A DNA stretch of 63,269 bases, counting the filler. It is 5 parts of 5 records of this genome, joined end to end, with 100 filler letters (N's around TTAATTAATTAA, not from the genome) between each part and the next. Parts side by side here need not be neighbours in the genome. Positions count along the whole stretch, not along the records: positions 46,988 to 54,503 come from SRR31156797_26331; positions 54,604 to 63,269 come from SRR31156797_26362; 3 more parts are not named here. One strand, written 5' to 3'. Positions 50,401 to 60,829 of the stretch are shown here, one piece after another. Below the pieces are notes generated by a model, which was not told where the DNA came from, did no database searches, and saw only the letters and a program-made list of their open reading frames with translations. The position numbers were made by a program, and so were the translations under genes. Every line of letters starts with the position of its first letter. The first letter of the stretch is position 1.

Positions 50401-50984
50401 ATATTTTTGAACCATTTTTTACCACAAAGGATGTGGATAAAGGCACAGGGCTTGGACTTTCCACGGTTTATGGCATTGTCAAACAAAATAACGGGTTTAT
50501 TAACATCTACAGCGAACCGAATAAAGGGACGACTGTAAAGATCTACATACCCAAGTATAAAGTTCAAAAAAAAGAATTTCAAAGGGAAAATATTTTAGAG
50601 ACACCAATTGGCCGTGGTGAGACGATTCTTCTGGTTGAGGATGACCTTTCAGTTCTTAAACTTGTTAAGAAAACGCTTAAGGGGCTTGGTTACTCTGTAT
50701 TGACTGCGGACTCTCCGACTGAAGCGATAAATTTTGCTGAAGGATACTCCAGCAAAATTCATTTACTCGTCACAGATGTGATTATGCCTGAAATGAACGG
50801 ACGTGAGTTATCAGAAGTACTGCAATCCCAATATTCAGATCTCAAATGTATTTTTATGTCAGGATATACAGCCAATGCAATTGCACATCATGGTGTTCTG
50901 GACAAAGGGATGGAGTTTATTCAGAAACCGTTCTCTAAAACAGAGTTGGCAACAATAGTCAGAAACGTGCTGGATAAAAATTAG
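47466..50984 (+). CDS. Membrane hybrid histidine kinase (two Cache-like sensors, PAS, HisKA, HATPase, REC)
   Basis: [47 protein letters not shown]; several TM segments. Confidence 0.93.
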   Translation: MRNIKCFYLVIIILFFSPNFICAQTDINAEHNNLPFSYAKKAIKQKAEDVARQIEIYLNAYPDKTLEDLQNDPEFQKIAIQPVGKTGYTLIGDYNKLVILFHPKKVLIGVELESLSKKYPVLWELAQQAKGGHDTGGVYEFPDLDGVIKDKYSYSKTIKRKTADGVGMYVGATTYLYEYETIEFEKKGKENFPVIPVTWFLVVITFAIFVLFVLNKLDIIKLGKNIIILFLAIALLLISGLFIFNAYNITKNLKKTAIDNYFDTLRATAYSMHIHVEHHITHLQSLFRILTHRKTVSNEYLMEMVKLVDYFFEIFIIDSSGKITHASNNSHIGLSRLTAPYFKNVKKGIYIKPLYFSETIDKVSFTISTPYNSGVLVAKMNLNHIYEMISKRVGLGKTGEGLLAYKNENGDAVFFTNRRFETEAEARHIIPKEDVNIPITQALLGNEKEFSNYVDYRGVPVFAVTKLIDEIDAGLVVKIDQEEVFNSVSGNIYQIWYSAAIMIFSIIAIGIIFYFILTYSLRREVKSKTHKLEKTTKGLNERVKELNSLYKISKLAEQPDMPLKNIFQSLVDFIPTGLQYPEITCVRLIIAGDEYKTVNFKKTEWKQTVDINVAESRVGVLEIFCLEDKLENYDGHFFEEERGFINELADRLGRLFERKQAAEVISRFGRIFETSLNEIFLFEQDSLRFIQANPAALHNLGYTIEELKKLTPIDIKPEISAESFKKLVSPLIKKETERVVFETVHKRKNQSLYNVEVHLQLLKYEDKGLFAEIILDSTERKKAQEEKIQLEEQYRQAQKMESIGRLAGGVAHDFNNALSVIRGFTEFALENAAPQGPLHEDLNEILKAAMRATDITRQLLAFARKQIISPQTLDLNEVIESMLKMIRHLIGEDIDLAWRPGVNLWSIKMDPSQIDQILVNLCVNSRDAIEGVGKVTIETNTVCLDAAYCNDHAGYTPGEFVLLAISDDGCGMAKEILDNIFEPFFTTKDVDKGTGLGLSTVYGIVKQNNGFINIYSEPNKGTTVKIYIPKYKVQKKEFQRENILETPIGRGETILLVEDDLSVLKLVKKTLKGLGYSVLTADSPTEAINFAEGYSSKIHLLVTDVIMPEMNGRELSEVLQSQYSDLKCIFMSGYTANAIAHHGVLDKGMEFIQKPFSKTELATIVRNVLDKN

Positions 50985-51058
50985 TTGAAGAATAATACGA
51001 GTATACGCAAATTCAGGATTGACAGCATTCTCGAAGTACATCAAGTTGGAGTCACAAG

Positions 51059-54000
51059 ATGAAATATAAACTTCAAGACCTGATCGACACGGAACATTTC
51101 CAGAATCTGCAGGACAGGTTAAATGAGATATATTTTTTCCCCTCGGCGATAATTGATAATGATGGCAACATCCTTACCGCCACAGGCTGGCAGGACATTT
51201 GCGTAGAGTTTCACAGAAAAAACAAAGAATCCGAAAAGCTTTGTATTCAGAGTGACCAATACATAAAGGATCACATTCATGAGGCGAATCCGGGTGTGAG
51301 CTACCGCTGTCCACTCGGATTGGTGGACAACGCCACGCCCATTATCATTGATGGAATCAATTATGGAAGCTTCTTTACCGGCCAGTTTTTTCTGGAAGAA
51401 CCGGATATGGTGTTCTTCCGCGATCAAGCCCGGAAATACGGTTTTGACGAAGATGCTTATCTTGAGGCAGTCAAAAAAGTGCCAATATGGACACAGGCAC
51501 AACTTGACAACTACCTGTTTTTCATCAAAGGGCTTATTGCCGTTATATCCGAAAGCGGCTTGAAAAAGCAAAGGGAGATAGAGAACCAAAAACTACTTGA
51601 AGCAAGCCAGAAAAGGCACAGGTCGATTCTCCAATCAGCAATGGAAGGGTATTGTCTAACCGATGCTCCGGGTCGATTAATCGAAGTCAATGATGCCTAT
51701 TGCCGCATGAGTGGTTACAGCGAAGACGAACTTTTAATGATGCGCTTCCATGACTTGGAAGCAGTCGAGAGTCCTCAATTTGTAGCCGGACGCATCCAAA
51801 GAGTTATTGAAATAGGATCAGATCGGTTTGAATCTAAACATCGTCGCAAAAATGGAACCGTATTTGATGTTGAGGTCAGTATTCAATTCCGTACAGAGGA
51901 AGATGGACAATGCGTTTGTTTCATACGAAATATCACAGAACGTAAGCAGGCCGAGGAAGCGGTACGCACAGCACACGACAGGCTGGAAGTTGCCCTCGCC
52001 GGGGGTGGGCTCGGCACTTGGGAGTGGGTTGTTCCTACCGGAGAGATGATACTCAACGATCGATGGCAGACCATGTTAGGGTTTGAGCCAGGCGAGGTCG
52101 GGCTGCGCCTGGAATGCGCCCATGAACTCACCGACCCCGAAGCACTCCCGCGTTTGCGCAGACAGATGCAAGCGCACCTGGACGACGAGACCCACTACTA
52201 CGAGGCGGTCTACCGTATGCGTCACAAGTCCGGGAAATGGGTCTGGGTCCACGACCGGGGGCAGGTCACCGAACGGAGCAGCGACGGCTCACCACTGCGG
52301 GTTTGCGGTACTCACGCCGACGTCACCCCACTGATGCAGGCGCAGGAAGACCTCAAAAAAGCTGCTCGTGATTGGCAAAATACATTTAACGCAGTAAGCG
52401 ATGCCATATGGTTACTCGATAAAGATCAACGAATTATACAAGCAAACAAAGCCTCAGAAAAAATATTTAAACGCAAAATTGAAGAAATCATAGGGCGCCA
52501 TTGTTGGAAGATTGCTCATGGTACAGACCAACCGATAACTGGATGCCCGCTGCAGCAGACGAGCCATAGCCTAAAGCGCGAAACGATGGATTTTCAGATC
52601 GAACAGACCTGGTTCCAAGTAACTACCGATCCCATCTTTGACAAAAACAGTATGTATAAAGGCGCTGTCCATTTGGTGCGTGATATCACGGAACGGAAAC
52701 AGTCTGAAGAGGCATTACGAGAAAGCAATCAAAAATTTCATTCCATGGTTGATAATATCGGAATCGGTGTAGCTATGATCAGTCCTGAAATGGAGGTGCT
52801 GGAGCTTAACAGGCAGATGCGGGAATGGTTCCCTGATGCAATCCCTGGTCAAGGAACAATTTGTTATCAAGCCTTCCATGATCCACCAAGTGATAGAATT
52901 TGTAGTTATTGTCCAATCTGCAGGACCTTGCAAGACGGTAAAGTTCACGAATCGGTCTCTAAGATACCATTTGGGAGCTCTTTCCGTAATTTTCGCATTA
53001 TTTCATCACCCATTGTCGATAAGAATGGTGAGATTAAGGCCGCAATTGAAATGGTAGAAGACATCACGGAAAAATTGAAAATTGAAAACCACTTGCGACA
53101 ATCACAAAAAATGGAATCTATCGGAAATCTTGCAGGCGGTATCGCGCACGATTTCAACAACATCCTTACATCCATAATTGGCTTTACCGAACTTGCGCTG
53201 GATGAGACGCCAAAAGGTACAATGACAGAAGACAGCTTGCAGGAAGTATACACAGCGGGAAAAAGAGCAAAAGACCTGGTTCAGCAGATTCTGGCTTTTG
53301 CGCGTCAGTCGGATGAAAAAAAGACCCTACTCCAACCAAGCAAAATTGCAAAGGAAGTTCTAAAGTTCATTCGTTCAACCACACCCAGCACAATAGAGAT
53401 CCAGCAGAATCTGGATGGTGACTATTGGATCATGGGCAATGCCACCCAGATTCATAAGGTTTTTATGAACCTTTGTACCAACGCCGCCAATGCTATGGAA
53501 GATTCAGGCGGTGTTCTGACTGTTAGTATAAAGGACTTGTCTTTGGGCAAAGAGGACTCACCGATAGACATGAAAGCTGGGGATTATGTTGAAATAAAGG
53601 TAACGGACATTGGCCTAGGGATCGCACCTGAAATAATCGATTCGATTTTCGAGCCGTATTTTACAACCAAAGGACCTGGAGAAGGAACAGGCATGGGGCT
53701 GGCCATGGTTCAGGGTGTGGTTGAAAGCTACGACGGTAAGATTTCAGTTGCCAGTCAGTTGGGAAAAGGAACGACATTCACAATCTTTCTTCCTATGGCA
53801 GAAAAACCATCAGGCCTTAATACTTATGAACCAGAACTGCTGCCAACCGGTACTGAACACATTCTGTTTGTAGATGATGAGCATTCTATAGCCAAAATGG
53901 GTAGCCGGACTCTTGAGAGTTTAGGTTATTCGGTAACAGCTCGGACAAGCAGTGTAGAGGCGTTGGAATTATTCCAGGCTAAACCCAATGATTTCGATTT

Positions 54001-54238
54001 GGTTGTGACAGACATGACAATGCCGAATATGACCGGAGATCAGCTGTCTATCGAATTGATGAAGATAAAGCCTGATTTGCCGGTTATTCTCTGCACTGGA
54101 TACAGCAACAAAATTTTCGAAGATCATGCTGCCGAAATCGGCATCAAGGCCTTTGCATATAAGCCGATTGTCAAAGCTGATTGGGCAAGAACGGTTCGAG
54201 CCGTTTTAGATGAAGTCATAAGTTCAACTCAAGGTTAG
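51059..54238 (+). CDS. Cytoplasmic hybrid histidine kinase (PocR, four PAS, HisKA, HATPase, REC)
   Basis: Poc[27 protein letters not shown] linkers; [14 protein letters not shown]. Confidence 0.93.
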   Translation: MKYKLQDLIDTEHFQNLQDRLNEIYFFPSAIIDNDGNILTATGWQDICVEFHRKNKESEKLCIQSDQYIKDHIHEANPGVSYRCPLGLVDNATPIIIDGINYGSFFTGQFFLEEPDMVFFRDQARKYGFDEDAYLEAVKKVPIWTQAQLDNYLFFIKGLIAVISESGLKKQREIENQKLLEASQKRHRSILQSAMEGYCLTDAPGRLIEVNDAYCRMSGYSEDELLMMRFHDLEAVESPQFVAGRIQRVIEIGSDRFESKHRRKNGTVFDVEVSIQFRTEEDGQCVCFIRNITERKQAEEAVRTAHDRLEVALAGGGLGTWEWVVPTGEMILNDRWQTMLGFEPGEVGLRLECAHELTDPEALPRLRRQMQAHLDDETHYYEAVYRMRHKSGKWVWVHDRGQVTERSSDGSPLRVCGTHADVTPLMQAQEDLKKAARDWQNTFNAVSDAIWLLDKDQRIIQANKASEKIFKRKIEEIIGRHCWKIAHGTDQPITGCPLQQTSHSLKRETMDFQIEQTWFQVTTDPIFDKNSMYKGAVHLVRDITERKQSEEALRESNQKFHSMVDNIGIGVAMISPEMEVLELNRQMREWFPDAIPGQGTICYQAFHDPPSDRICSYCPICRTLQDGKVHESVSKIPFGSSFRNFRIISSPIVDKNGEIKAAIEMVEDITEKLKIENHLRQSQKMESIGNLAGGIAHDFNNILTSIIGFTELALDETPKGTMTEDSLQEVYTAGKRAKDLVQQILAFARQSDEKKTLLQPSKIAKEVLKFIRSTTPSTIEIQQNLDGDYWIMGNATQIHKVFMNLCTNAANAMEDSGGVLTVSIKDLSLGKEDSPIDMKAGDYVEIKVTDIGLGIAPEIIDSIFEPYFTTKGPGEGTGMGLAMVQGVVESYDGKISVASQLGKGTTFTIFLPMAEKPSGLNTYEPELLPTGTEHILFVDDEHSIAKMGSRTLESLGYSVTARTSSVEALELFQAKPNDFDLVVTDMTMPNMTGDQLSIELMKIKPDLPVILCTGYSNKIFEDHAAEIGIKAFAYKPIVKADWARTVRAVLDEVISSTQG

Positions 54239-54310
54239 TTCTGGTATTCGAAAGAATTTAGTCATACTCGGGGAATGGAACATGGTTTTCCGGCTTGCAC
54301 GAATATGGCC

Positions 54311-54342
54311 TAAACGGTGCTGTTGCTAAACAGCACCGTTTA
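54311..54342. terminator. Strong hairpin between convergent genes
   Basis: TAAACGGTGCTGTT-GCTA-AACAGCACCGTTTA perfect 14-bp stem. Confidence 0.75.
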
Positions 54343-54345
54343 ATT

Positions 54346-54501
54346 TTATACCCAAATTCCTTTTTTAGGCGGATTGCCATATGAATCGAAAGAATCCCCA
54401 TTGGCCTTCAATACTGCCTGCAGTTCTTCTACAGTAAACTCAAAGCCATCTTCTTTTGCCATAGCTGCGAATTTTTCCATTGAAAAACAGTTATCGTACT
54501 T
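54346..54501 (-). CDS. Nif11-like leader peptide family precursor (5'-truncated; absent from the ORF track)
   Basis: KYDNCFSMEKFAAMAKEDGFEFTVEELQAVLKANGDSFDSYGNPPKKGIWV*; AKExGFxFTxEEL hallmark; hairpin directly after the stop. Confidence 0.72.
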   Translation of the reverse strand, partial: KYDNCFSMEKFAAMAKEDGFEFTVEELQAVLKANGDSFDSYGNPPKKGIWV

Positions 54502-54503
54502 TA

Positions 54504-54603
54504 NNNNNNNNNNNNNNNNNNNNNNNNNNNNNNNNNNNNNNNNNNNNTTAATTAATTAANNNNNNNNNNNNNNNNNNNNNNNNNNNNNNNNNNNNNNNNN
54601 NNN
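54504..54603. other. Artificial contig spacer
   Basis: N-run + TTAATTAATTAA + N-run. Confidence 0.99.
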
Positions 54604-54604
54604 G

Positions 54605-54904
54605 GCCGGGGCTCCCCCTGCGGATCTGTTCATGCTGGATGAGGCCGGACCCCTGGAGTTCTCTCCCGACGCGCCCGCTCCCCGGGCGGACGGGTCCTGG
54701 TCCGCAGGCATGGAGAGGATGGACAGGGCCATGGACCGCATAGCCCTGGTGGTGGTCCGCCCTGAACTGGTGGACATGGCCCGGTATCGCTGGCCCGGGG
54801 CCTATGTATTAGATGCTCCTGACGACCTTTCAAACGAAGAGGAACGGCATAAGGCGGCTGCAGATATTCTCGGATCGTCAGATCAGATCGGGGGGAGGCT
54901 GTAG
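54605..54904 (+). CDS. 3' part of a P-loop NTPase-like protein (THEP1/NTPase_1-like)
   Basis: Walker B-like DLFMLDEAGPLE, then LVVVR. Confidence 0.5.
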   Translation, partial: AGAPPADLFMLDEAGPLEFSPDAPAPRADGSWSAGMERMDRAMDRIALVVVRPELVDMARYRWPGAYVLDAPDDLSNEEERHKAAADILGSSDQIGGRL

Positions 54905-56254
54905 ATAGTCCTTCGGGTCCGGAGAATCGGGCACGACGCAGCCGGGTGTATTGATGATATAATCGGGCTTCAGTTCCAGCTCCCCTTGTAAAAGCGGATC
55001 ATCCGTCTCTTCCTGCCACTGAATCAAACGACGGTCCATTGCATCCAGAATACCCTTATATCCGGGCTCCATGGCAAGGTTGTTCTTCTCCATTGGATCG
55101 GCAACCAGATCGTATAGTTCCTGTCCAGGTTTCTTCCTCTCCCCCAATCCATTCTCCATCAGAAGAGATTTGGCGGAGGAGTCATCGATATTAGAAAGGT
55201 GTATAACCCTCTCTTCGGGTGCGTAGTGCCTGATGTAATTGAACAGGGAGTTGCGAACCGAACGCATGGGTTCATAGGAGGTGTGGAAGTTTACCTCCCC
55301 GAAAACGTACTCTCTGTGTTCCTTCTGGGGGTTGTCAAAAAGAGGGGCAAAGCTGCGCCCCTGAATTCCTTCGGGAAGATCGAGTTTCAGAAGTTCAAAC
55401 AAGGTGGGCAAAACATCCACATGGGAGACGAGGGCATCCGAATATCCGCCTCCGTCGGTACGTCCTGGAATACGGATACTCAGGGAGACCCCCATACCCG
55501 CCTCATTCAGATGGCACTTCGTATAAGGCAGGGCCAGACCGTGATCTGTGGTCAGAAGGACGACCGTATCCTCTCCGTGAGGCCCCTCCTCCAGAGCCTG
55601 AATCACCCTCTCAAAACAATCGTCAAAGACAGCCACGGACTCGAGAAAACGAGCGTGATCCGTACGGTTCTCTCCTGTATTGCAGATCTGCCGCGGAGGC
55701 CGGACATGGTCGGGCTTAATTGTATCAAGGGAAGGATAGGCCCGATGGGTGGAGTAGAAACCGCAGGAAAGGAAGAAGGGTTTTTCTTGAGATGTCTTCA
55801 GCCATGTTGCGGTCCGTTCGGCATTGGCCCTGTCCCAGGCAGCAGTTCGATCCCCGTCTTCGGGATTGCCGCTGAATACTTCCGAAAGATCCCAATCGTA
55901 TCCGATGATCCCGGCCCCTTCTTTGGGATGGAAGCAATCGCAGCCCTCATGCTGAACCCCGCAGAGCGCTGTTGAATACCCACGCTCCCGGAGAAGATTC
56001 ACCATATGTCTGCGGTAATTATCAAAGCGGAAACCTCTATGGGCCAGTCCCAGCATCCCCGTACTATGGGGATAGCACCCGCTTAAGAGGGCGGCCCGGC
56101 TGGGCGAACAAGTAGGGGCGGCGCAGAAGGCGTTCCGGAAGGTCAGGGCCTTTTCACCGGCCCAGCGGGAAACTGCTTCCGAGGGGGAGTCCCCCTCTCC
56201 CAGATGTTGGAAGTGCCGTCCGCTATCATGAGTGTGGATATAGAGAATATTCAT
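54878..56254 (-). CDS. Cys-type S1 sulfatase, sulfamidase (SGSH)-like; paralog of 37622-38959
   Basis: NILYIHTHDSGR, CSPSRAALLSG, TTDHG, WQEETDDPLL. Confidence 0.9.
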   Translation of the reverse strand: MNILYIHTHDSGRHFQHLGEGDSPSEAVSRWAGEKALTFRNAFCAAPTCSPSRAALLSGCYPHSTGMLGLAHRGFRFDNYRRHMVNLLRERGYSTALCGVQHEGCDCFHPKEGAGIIGYDWDLSEVFSGNPEDGDRTAAWDRANAERTATWLKTSQEKPFFLSCGFYSTHRAYPSLDTIKPDHVRPPRQICNTGENRTDHARFLESVAVFDDCFERVIQALEEGPHGEDTVVLLTTDHGLALPYTKCHLNEAGMGVSLSIRIPGRTDGGGYSDALVSHVDVLPTLFELLKLDLPEGIQGRSFAPLFDNPQKEHREYVFGEVNFHTSYEPMRSVRNSLFNYIRHYAPEERVIHLSNIDDSSAKSLLMENGLGERKKPGQELYDLVADPMEKNNLAMEPGYKGILDAMDRRLIQWQEETDDPLLQGELELKPDYIINTPGCVVPDSPDPKDYLQPPPDLI

Positions 56255-56258
56255 GGCA

Positions 56259-57818
56259 TTATTCCTCAAACCAGATGGGCGACGACCAGGCCTTATGCCC
56301 GTTTTTCTGTACCACCCTTACCCGGTAGACGTGGTTTCCGGGCTCATCGTCCCGGAAGCGACAATCGATCTTATAGCTATCCTCGAATACGGCGCGTGAG
56401 ATCTTACTCTTGTAAGCCATACCGAAGATCACATCTTTTCTGTCCAGAGTTTCCGGATCCAGGGAAAAATTGCTCCGGATAAAATCCACCGACTCCTCTC
56501 TGTCCCAGACGATGCGGCTTCCCCTGCACATTTCCCCGATCGTCATGCTTCCGCCCACACTGTTTATCTTATAGAAGATACGGGTTTCCGGACTTCCTTT
56601 GAGCTTTAGAACATAGGCGTTCTGAGTACTGGCTCCGACCGTCTCCTGTTCCGTGCTCCCAGACCACTGAAAGCGGTCTTCAGAAAGAGAATAGTCATGG
56701 TCTTTGCTGATCCAGCAGGGATAGGCCGTCAGAAAGGCGCCGTCTTCGATCCGAAAGTCCCCATTCCATATCCTGGGGGGAAGATCCATTACATTCATTG
56801 CCGGCCCCCAGCCGAACTCTACCCGGAAGAGATACTCTCCCTGAGCGCAGCCTTCACTCCCTATGGGACTGAATCGGTCCACCAGGACCTCGTCCTTGAG
56901 GAAATCGACATAATCAATAGCATCCTGGCCTTCCGCCTTAACCCTGAACTCACGGACTCCCATCGTCGAAGAAACGACCGAGCCCATGGGAAATTCTCCG
57001 GTATCGAACTGTAGACCGATCCGGTCGCCGCTGACGGCGTAAACCCGGCGTCTACGGAAGGCTTCCCATAGGGAATCACGACTCAGCCCATCCGCCCAGA
57101 CAGCAGCCAGACCTCGTCCGTAATGGCCGGGAAGGGGGCCCCAGTTATCCGTTGAACCCACGGCACCGAGACGGAGTCCTGCCGACAATGCCGCGGAGTA
57201 GGAACCTTCGCTTATGTCCGGTCCCAGAAATGGATTGGTCCTCAGTCCCTCTCCGAACCGGTCTCCCTCGGAACTTCCGTGGATGGAGTAGATCTCGGCA
57301 AAAGGGGAGAGCTCACTGTCCAGACAGCTCCAGTCCTTTCCCCTGAACCCGTTTATATAGGCCGTATGATGGGGGATGGCCAGTGCTCGGTGATCCTTCA
57401 GACGAGCATAAAGATCACTCAGGGTTTCCACCTTGTACAGGGGTGGATCATCCTCATTGTAGAACACATTATGATCTCCCCAGGAGCCGTCGCCCTGCCA
57501 CTCGTAACCAGGGAAAACGACGTATCCCTCCGCATCGAATCGCCGGATCGCCTCCTTGACGGAGTTCCACTCAGATTCGATCTGTTCATCCCCTTTCCAT
57601 GTCTCCACATTAAGGGGCTGCCGTCCCTTGTCATCCGAAGGATGCCCTCCCTTTTTAAAAGCGGGAGAGGTACTGGGATAATAGGCTCCGCAGTAGAAGT
57701 CGAGATGCTTGAAAGCAGTCCTCAATCTCTCATCCATAGAGAAATCGGGATCCTCGGCCTGATGGGTATTATCATGCATTTCTCCCCAGTACAGGGTGCG
57801 TCCGCTTCTGTCTTTCAC
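56259..57818 (-). CDS. DUF3604-like PHP-fold protein; paralog of 36075-37625
   Basis: LYWGEMH, GYEW, PHH, GSTD, LSRDSLWEAFRRRRVYAVSGDRI, AWSSPIW. Confidence 0.72.
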   Translation of the reverse strand: MKDRSGRTLYWGEMHDNTHQAEDPDFSMDERLRTAFKHLDFYCGAYYPSTSPAFKKGGHPSDDKGRQPLNVETWKGDEQIESEWNSVKEAIRRFDAEGYVVFPGYEWQGDGSWGDHNVFYNEDDPPLYKVETLSDLYARLKDHRALAIPHHTAYINGFRGKDWSCLDSELSPFAEIYSIHGSSEGDRFGEGLRTNPFLGPDISEGSYSAALSAGLRLGAVGSTDNWGPLPGHYGRGLAAVWADGLSRDSLWEAFRRRRVYAVSGDRIGLQFDTGEFPMGSVVSSTMGVREFRVKAEGQDAIDYVDFLKDEVLVDRFSPIGSEGCAQGEYLFRVEFGWGPAMNVMDLPPRIWNGDFRIEDGAFLTAYPCWISKDHDYSLSEDRFQWSGSTEQETVGASTQNAYVLKLKGSPETRIFYKINSVGGSMTIGEMCRGSRIVWDREESVDFIRSNFSLDPETLDRKDVIFGMAYKSKISRAVFEDSYKIDCRFRDDEPGNHVYRVRVVQKNGHKAWSSPIWFEE

Positions 57819-57828
57819 GATGGCCCCC

Positions 57829-58653
57829 TTATCCTTTCAAACCGGAAGAGGCTATTGACCGGACTATATGTTTCTGCGCCGAGAGGAACGCCGCCACCAG
57901 GGGTATCATTCCCAGTACGAGAATGGGAAGGGCCATATCCCACTGAGCCTTATAGGCTCCGAAGAAGCGGTTAATTCCCAGAGGGATGGTATGGAACTCT
58001 CTCTTGTTAAGGATCAGCAGAGGGAGAAGGAAGTCATTCCAGACCCAGAGGCTCTGGAGGATCACGACGGTGGAGGTCATGGTCCTCAATTGCGGAAAGA
58101 GGATCCTCCAGAAGAGGACAAAATCGTTACAGCCGTCCAGGCGTCCGCTCTCATCCAGCTCCCGGGGAACATAGTTGAAGTAGCCCTTGTAGAGAAAGAT
58201 GGTCAACGGCATGCCAAAGCCCAAGTAGAGTACGGACAATCCCGTGGGATTGAGCATCCCGAACTTTACAGAGACAACCACAAGGGGAATCATAATAGAC
58301 TGGAAAGGGATGATCATGGCCAGGATATAGGAAGCATACATCAGTGTACTGGCCCGGCTTTTGATCCGCGCCATTTTCCAGGCGGCCATGGAGCCGAGGA
58401 CGCACATCCCCGCCAGTCCAAGAGCGGTGATGTAAACAGAGTTTCCAAAGAGCCTCCAGAAGTTCACCTTCTCCACACCCAATACATAATTGGAAAATAA
58501 AAGTTCCGTAGGCAGAGAAGAAGCGTCCAGGATAATCTCGCTATAGCTCTTCAGCGAGTTGGTAAATACAAAGTAAAAGGGCATCAGGACCAAAAGGCCC
58601 ATAGCCAGGGTCACTATATAAAACAGGATTCTGCGTATTGTTTTCATATGCAT
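57829..58653 (-). CDS. Carbohydrate ABC permease (MalG/MsmG-like)
   Basis: LDESGRLDGC, WNDFLLPL. Confidence 0.92.
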   Translation of the reverse strand: MHMKTIRRILFYIVTLAMGLLVLMPFYFVFTNSLKSYSEIILDASSLPTELLFSNYVLGVEKVNFWRLFGNSVYITALGLAGMCVLGSMAAWKMARIKSRASTLMYASYILAMIIPFQSIMIPLVVVSVKFGMLNPTGLSVLYLGFGMPLTIFLYKGYFNYVPRELDESGRLDGCNDFVLFWRILFPQLRTMTSTVVILQSLWVWNDFLLPLLILNKREFHTIPLGINRFFGAYKAQWDMALPILVLGMIPLVAAFLSAQKHIVRSIASSGLKG

Positions 58654-59522
58654 CAGATCTCCACCTCACGCTTCTGGGTAAAACGAACCTGCATCCACGA
58701 GAGGACGGCCACAAAGAGAAAGAACACCACCGCCTTGGCGGAACCTGCTCCGTAGTTTCCGTAGAGGAAGGCCTCGTTATAGATATTCACCGCAAGCGAT
58801 TCGGTGGATCTGTAGGGGCCGCCTCCGGTGAGGGAGAAGATGAGGGCGAAGATCTTGAATGAGTTTGCCAGGACTATAAAGATGGCGACCGTAAAAGCCG
58901 GTACGATCAGGGGAAGGGTGATATGCTTGAATTGACGGTACCGGGAGGCTCCGTCCAGCTGGGCCGATTCGAAAAGCTGCTCGTCGATGCTGTTAATAGA
59001 TGCGATATAGATCAGCATCACATAACCAGCCTGTTGCCAGAAAAAAACGATTAGGACCGCCCAGAAGGCCGCTTTATCGCTGCCAAGCCAGGTGATCTCG
59101 CCCAGAATGCCACCCAGGGCGGGAAAGGCCTGGGAAAAGATAAACTGCCAGACAAATCCCAGGATGATACCGCCTATAACATTAGGAAGAACCAGGGCCA
59201 CCCGCAACACCGAATTCCAGCGGGTGCTCACATGGAACAGGACGGCGTAGAACAGCCCCAGGACGTTTACGAACAGGCAGGCGGCCAGAGTAAAGCGGAT
59301 GGAGAAGGAGAAGGAATTGAGAAATCCCTCATCCCCGAACAGATTCAGATAGTTCTCCATCCCTGTGAAGTGCAGCTTTGAGGAGACGCCGTCCCAGTCA
59401 GTCATGGCGTAATAGCCGCCCATGAAAAACGGTATAAGCACAAAGGTCAGAAAGATAATATAGGGCAGCAGAGTGTAAAGCCAGAAGCTGTTAATCAGGC
59501 CCTCTTTTTTTCTTTTCAGCAA
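58653..59522 (-). CDS. Carbohydrate ABC permease (MalF/MsmF-like)
   Basis: FESAQLDGAS, LTGGGP. Confidence 0.92.
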   Translation of the reverse strand: MLKRKKEGLINSFWLYTLLPYIIFLTFVLIPFFMGGYYAMTDWDGVSSKLHFTGMENYLNLFGDEGFLNSFSFSIRFTLAACLFVNVLGLFYAVLFHVSTRWNSVLRVALVLPNVIGGIILGFVWQFIFSQAFPALGGILGEITWLGSDKAAFWAVLIVFFWQQAGYVMLIYIASINSIDEQLFESAQLDGASRYRQFKHITLPLIVPAFTVAIFIVLANSFKIFALIFSLTGGGPYRSTESLAVNIYNEAFLYGNYGAGSAKAVVFFLFVAVLSWMQVRFTQKREVEI

Positions 59523-59560
59523 AACGGTGACTCCTCTTTTTTTTAATATTCCAGGTGATT

Positions 59561-60811
59561 CTACTGCAGGGACTTCCAGTCTTCCAGCAGTTTTTTCAGT
59601 GTATCGTCGTAGGAGTTCTTGCCTCCTACATAGGCCTGGAAGTTATCGGCAGCGTTCTTCATAAAGCCCTTGGGCCAGAGACCGAAGGTCCAGGGAATGG
59701 TCTTTCCCTCTGACGAATACGTCAGAGCATCCGAGCTGATGCCGCCGGAAAGTTCTACCTTGAAGTGATCATAGGCAGGGATTGTATTCAGATTCTTTAC
59801 CATCTGCTCCTGTCCGGCGCTCTCGTTAAGGAGCCAGTTCAGAAAGATCCTTGCTTCTGCATTCTCCTCGGAATTTTTGTTCACAACGAAGTACCAGGGA
59901 ACACCTACAGGAATGCGACCGCCGACGGCGGGATCATCGCTAAGGGGAATGGGCATCAGGCCCATATTGATATCGGGATTGGCGTCATAAATGGCGTTTT
60001 CCTTCCAGTTACCCTGCTGAATCATGGCGGCCTTTCCTCCGGCGAAGAGGGAAACCTGCATATGATGATCCTCCGTCAGGGGAGCGGCAGAGCTGTTGGC
60101 AACGATCATATCGATCAGACTTTGAAGCTTTTCAAACTCAGCGTTTCCGGTAAAAGAAGCCTTTCCGGCATTCAGATCATCCACCAGCCCCTTAGGATCA
60201 TTCTGCATGGCAAAAGGTATATTGAACTGATGGTTGGAGATGACCCACCAGGTACCGTATCCTGAGACGAAGGGAGTGATGCCCTTGCTGTTCAGCATGG
60301 CGACGGCCTCTTCCAGTTCGCTCATGGTTTCAGGAACCTTGCTGATTCCGGCCTCTTTAAACAGATCCTTATTATAGATATAGCCGTAGGCCTCGATTCC
60401 GGTGGGAAGTCCCATCAGTTTTCCGCCGTTATAGGCGCTTTCCCTGGCAATGGGCAGGAAGTGGTCTACCACGTCCATATCAGACAGATCGTCCAGGAAT
60501 TCACTCCAGGTTCCGAAATCGGCGGCACCCTCGATCATGAAAACATCGGGGAGACTGCCGGTTCTTGATTTCGTACTCAATACGGGTCTCCAATCCGTTC
60601 CGCCTCCGACGATCTCAGTCTGAACCTCGATATCGGGATAGCTTTCATTAAACGCCGCCACAAGCTCGGGCATGCCGTCGGCCCAAACCGGTTTGGTCAT
60701 AAAAACCTCGATGGTCTTCTTACCACCTTCGCCAGCGTCTCCCTGCCCGGCGGCAAAAAGAGAACAGACCAGGACCGTCATCAACAGGACAGATAAAACC
60801 TTTTTCTTCAT
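59561..60811 (-). CDS. Carbohydrate ABC substrate-binding protein (MsmE-like)
   Basis: LFAAGQGD signal, YNKDLFKEAGI, GKAAMIQQGNW. Confidence 0.9.
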   Translation of the reverse strand: MKKKVLSVLLMTVLVCSLFAAGQGDAGEGGKKTIEVFMTKPVWADGMPELVAAFNESYPDIEVQTEIVGGGTDWRPVLSTKSRTGSLPDVFMIEGAADFGTWSEFLDDLSDMDVVDHFLPIARESAYNGGKLMGLPTGIEAYGYIYNKDLFKEAGISKVPETMSELEEAVAMLNSKGITPFVSGYGTWWVISNHQFNIPFAMQNDPKGLVDDLNAGKASFTGNAEFEKLQSLIDMIVANSSAAPLTEDHHMQVSLFAGGKAAMIQQGNWKENAIYDANPDINMGLMPIPLSDDPAVGGRIPVGVPWYFVVNKNSEENAEARIFLNWLLNESAGQEQMVKNLNTIPAYDHFKVELSGGISSDALTYSSEGKTIPWTFGLWPKGFMKNAADNFQAYVGGKNSYDDTLKKLLEDWKSLQ

Positions 60812-60829
60812 CTTAGACTCCTTTATTTA

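Noticed and set aside
20046-54603. Four recurring TTAATTAATTAA motifs in N-runs, and ORFs ending in ...XXXLIN
   Set aside because: Synthetic contig linkers with stops in all frames; not biological repeats
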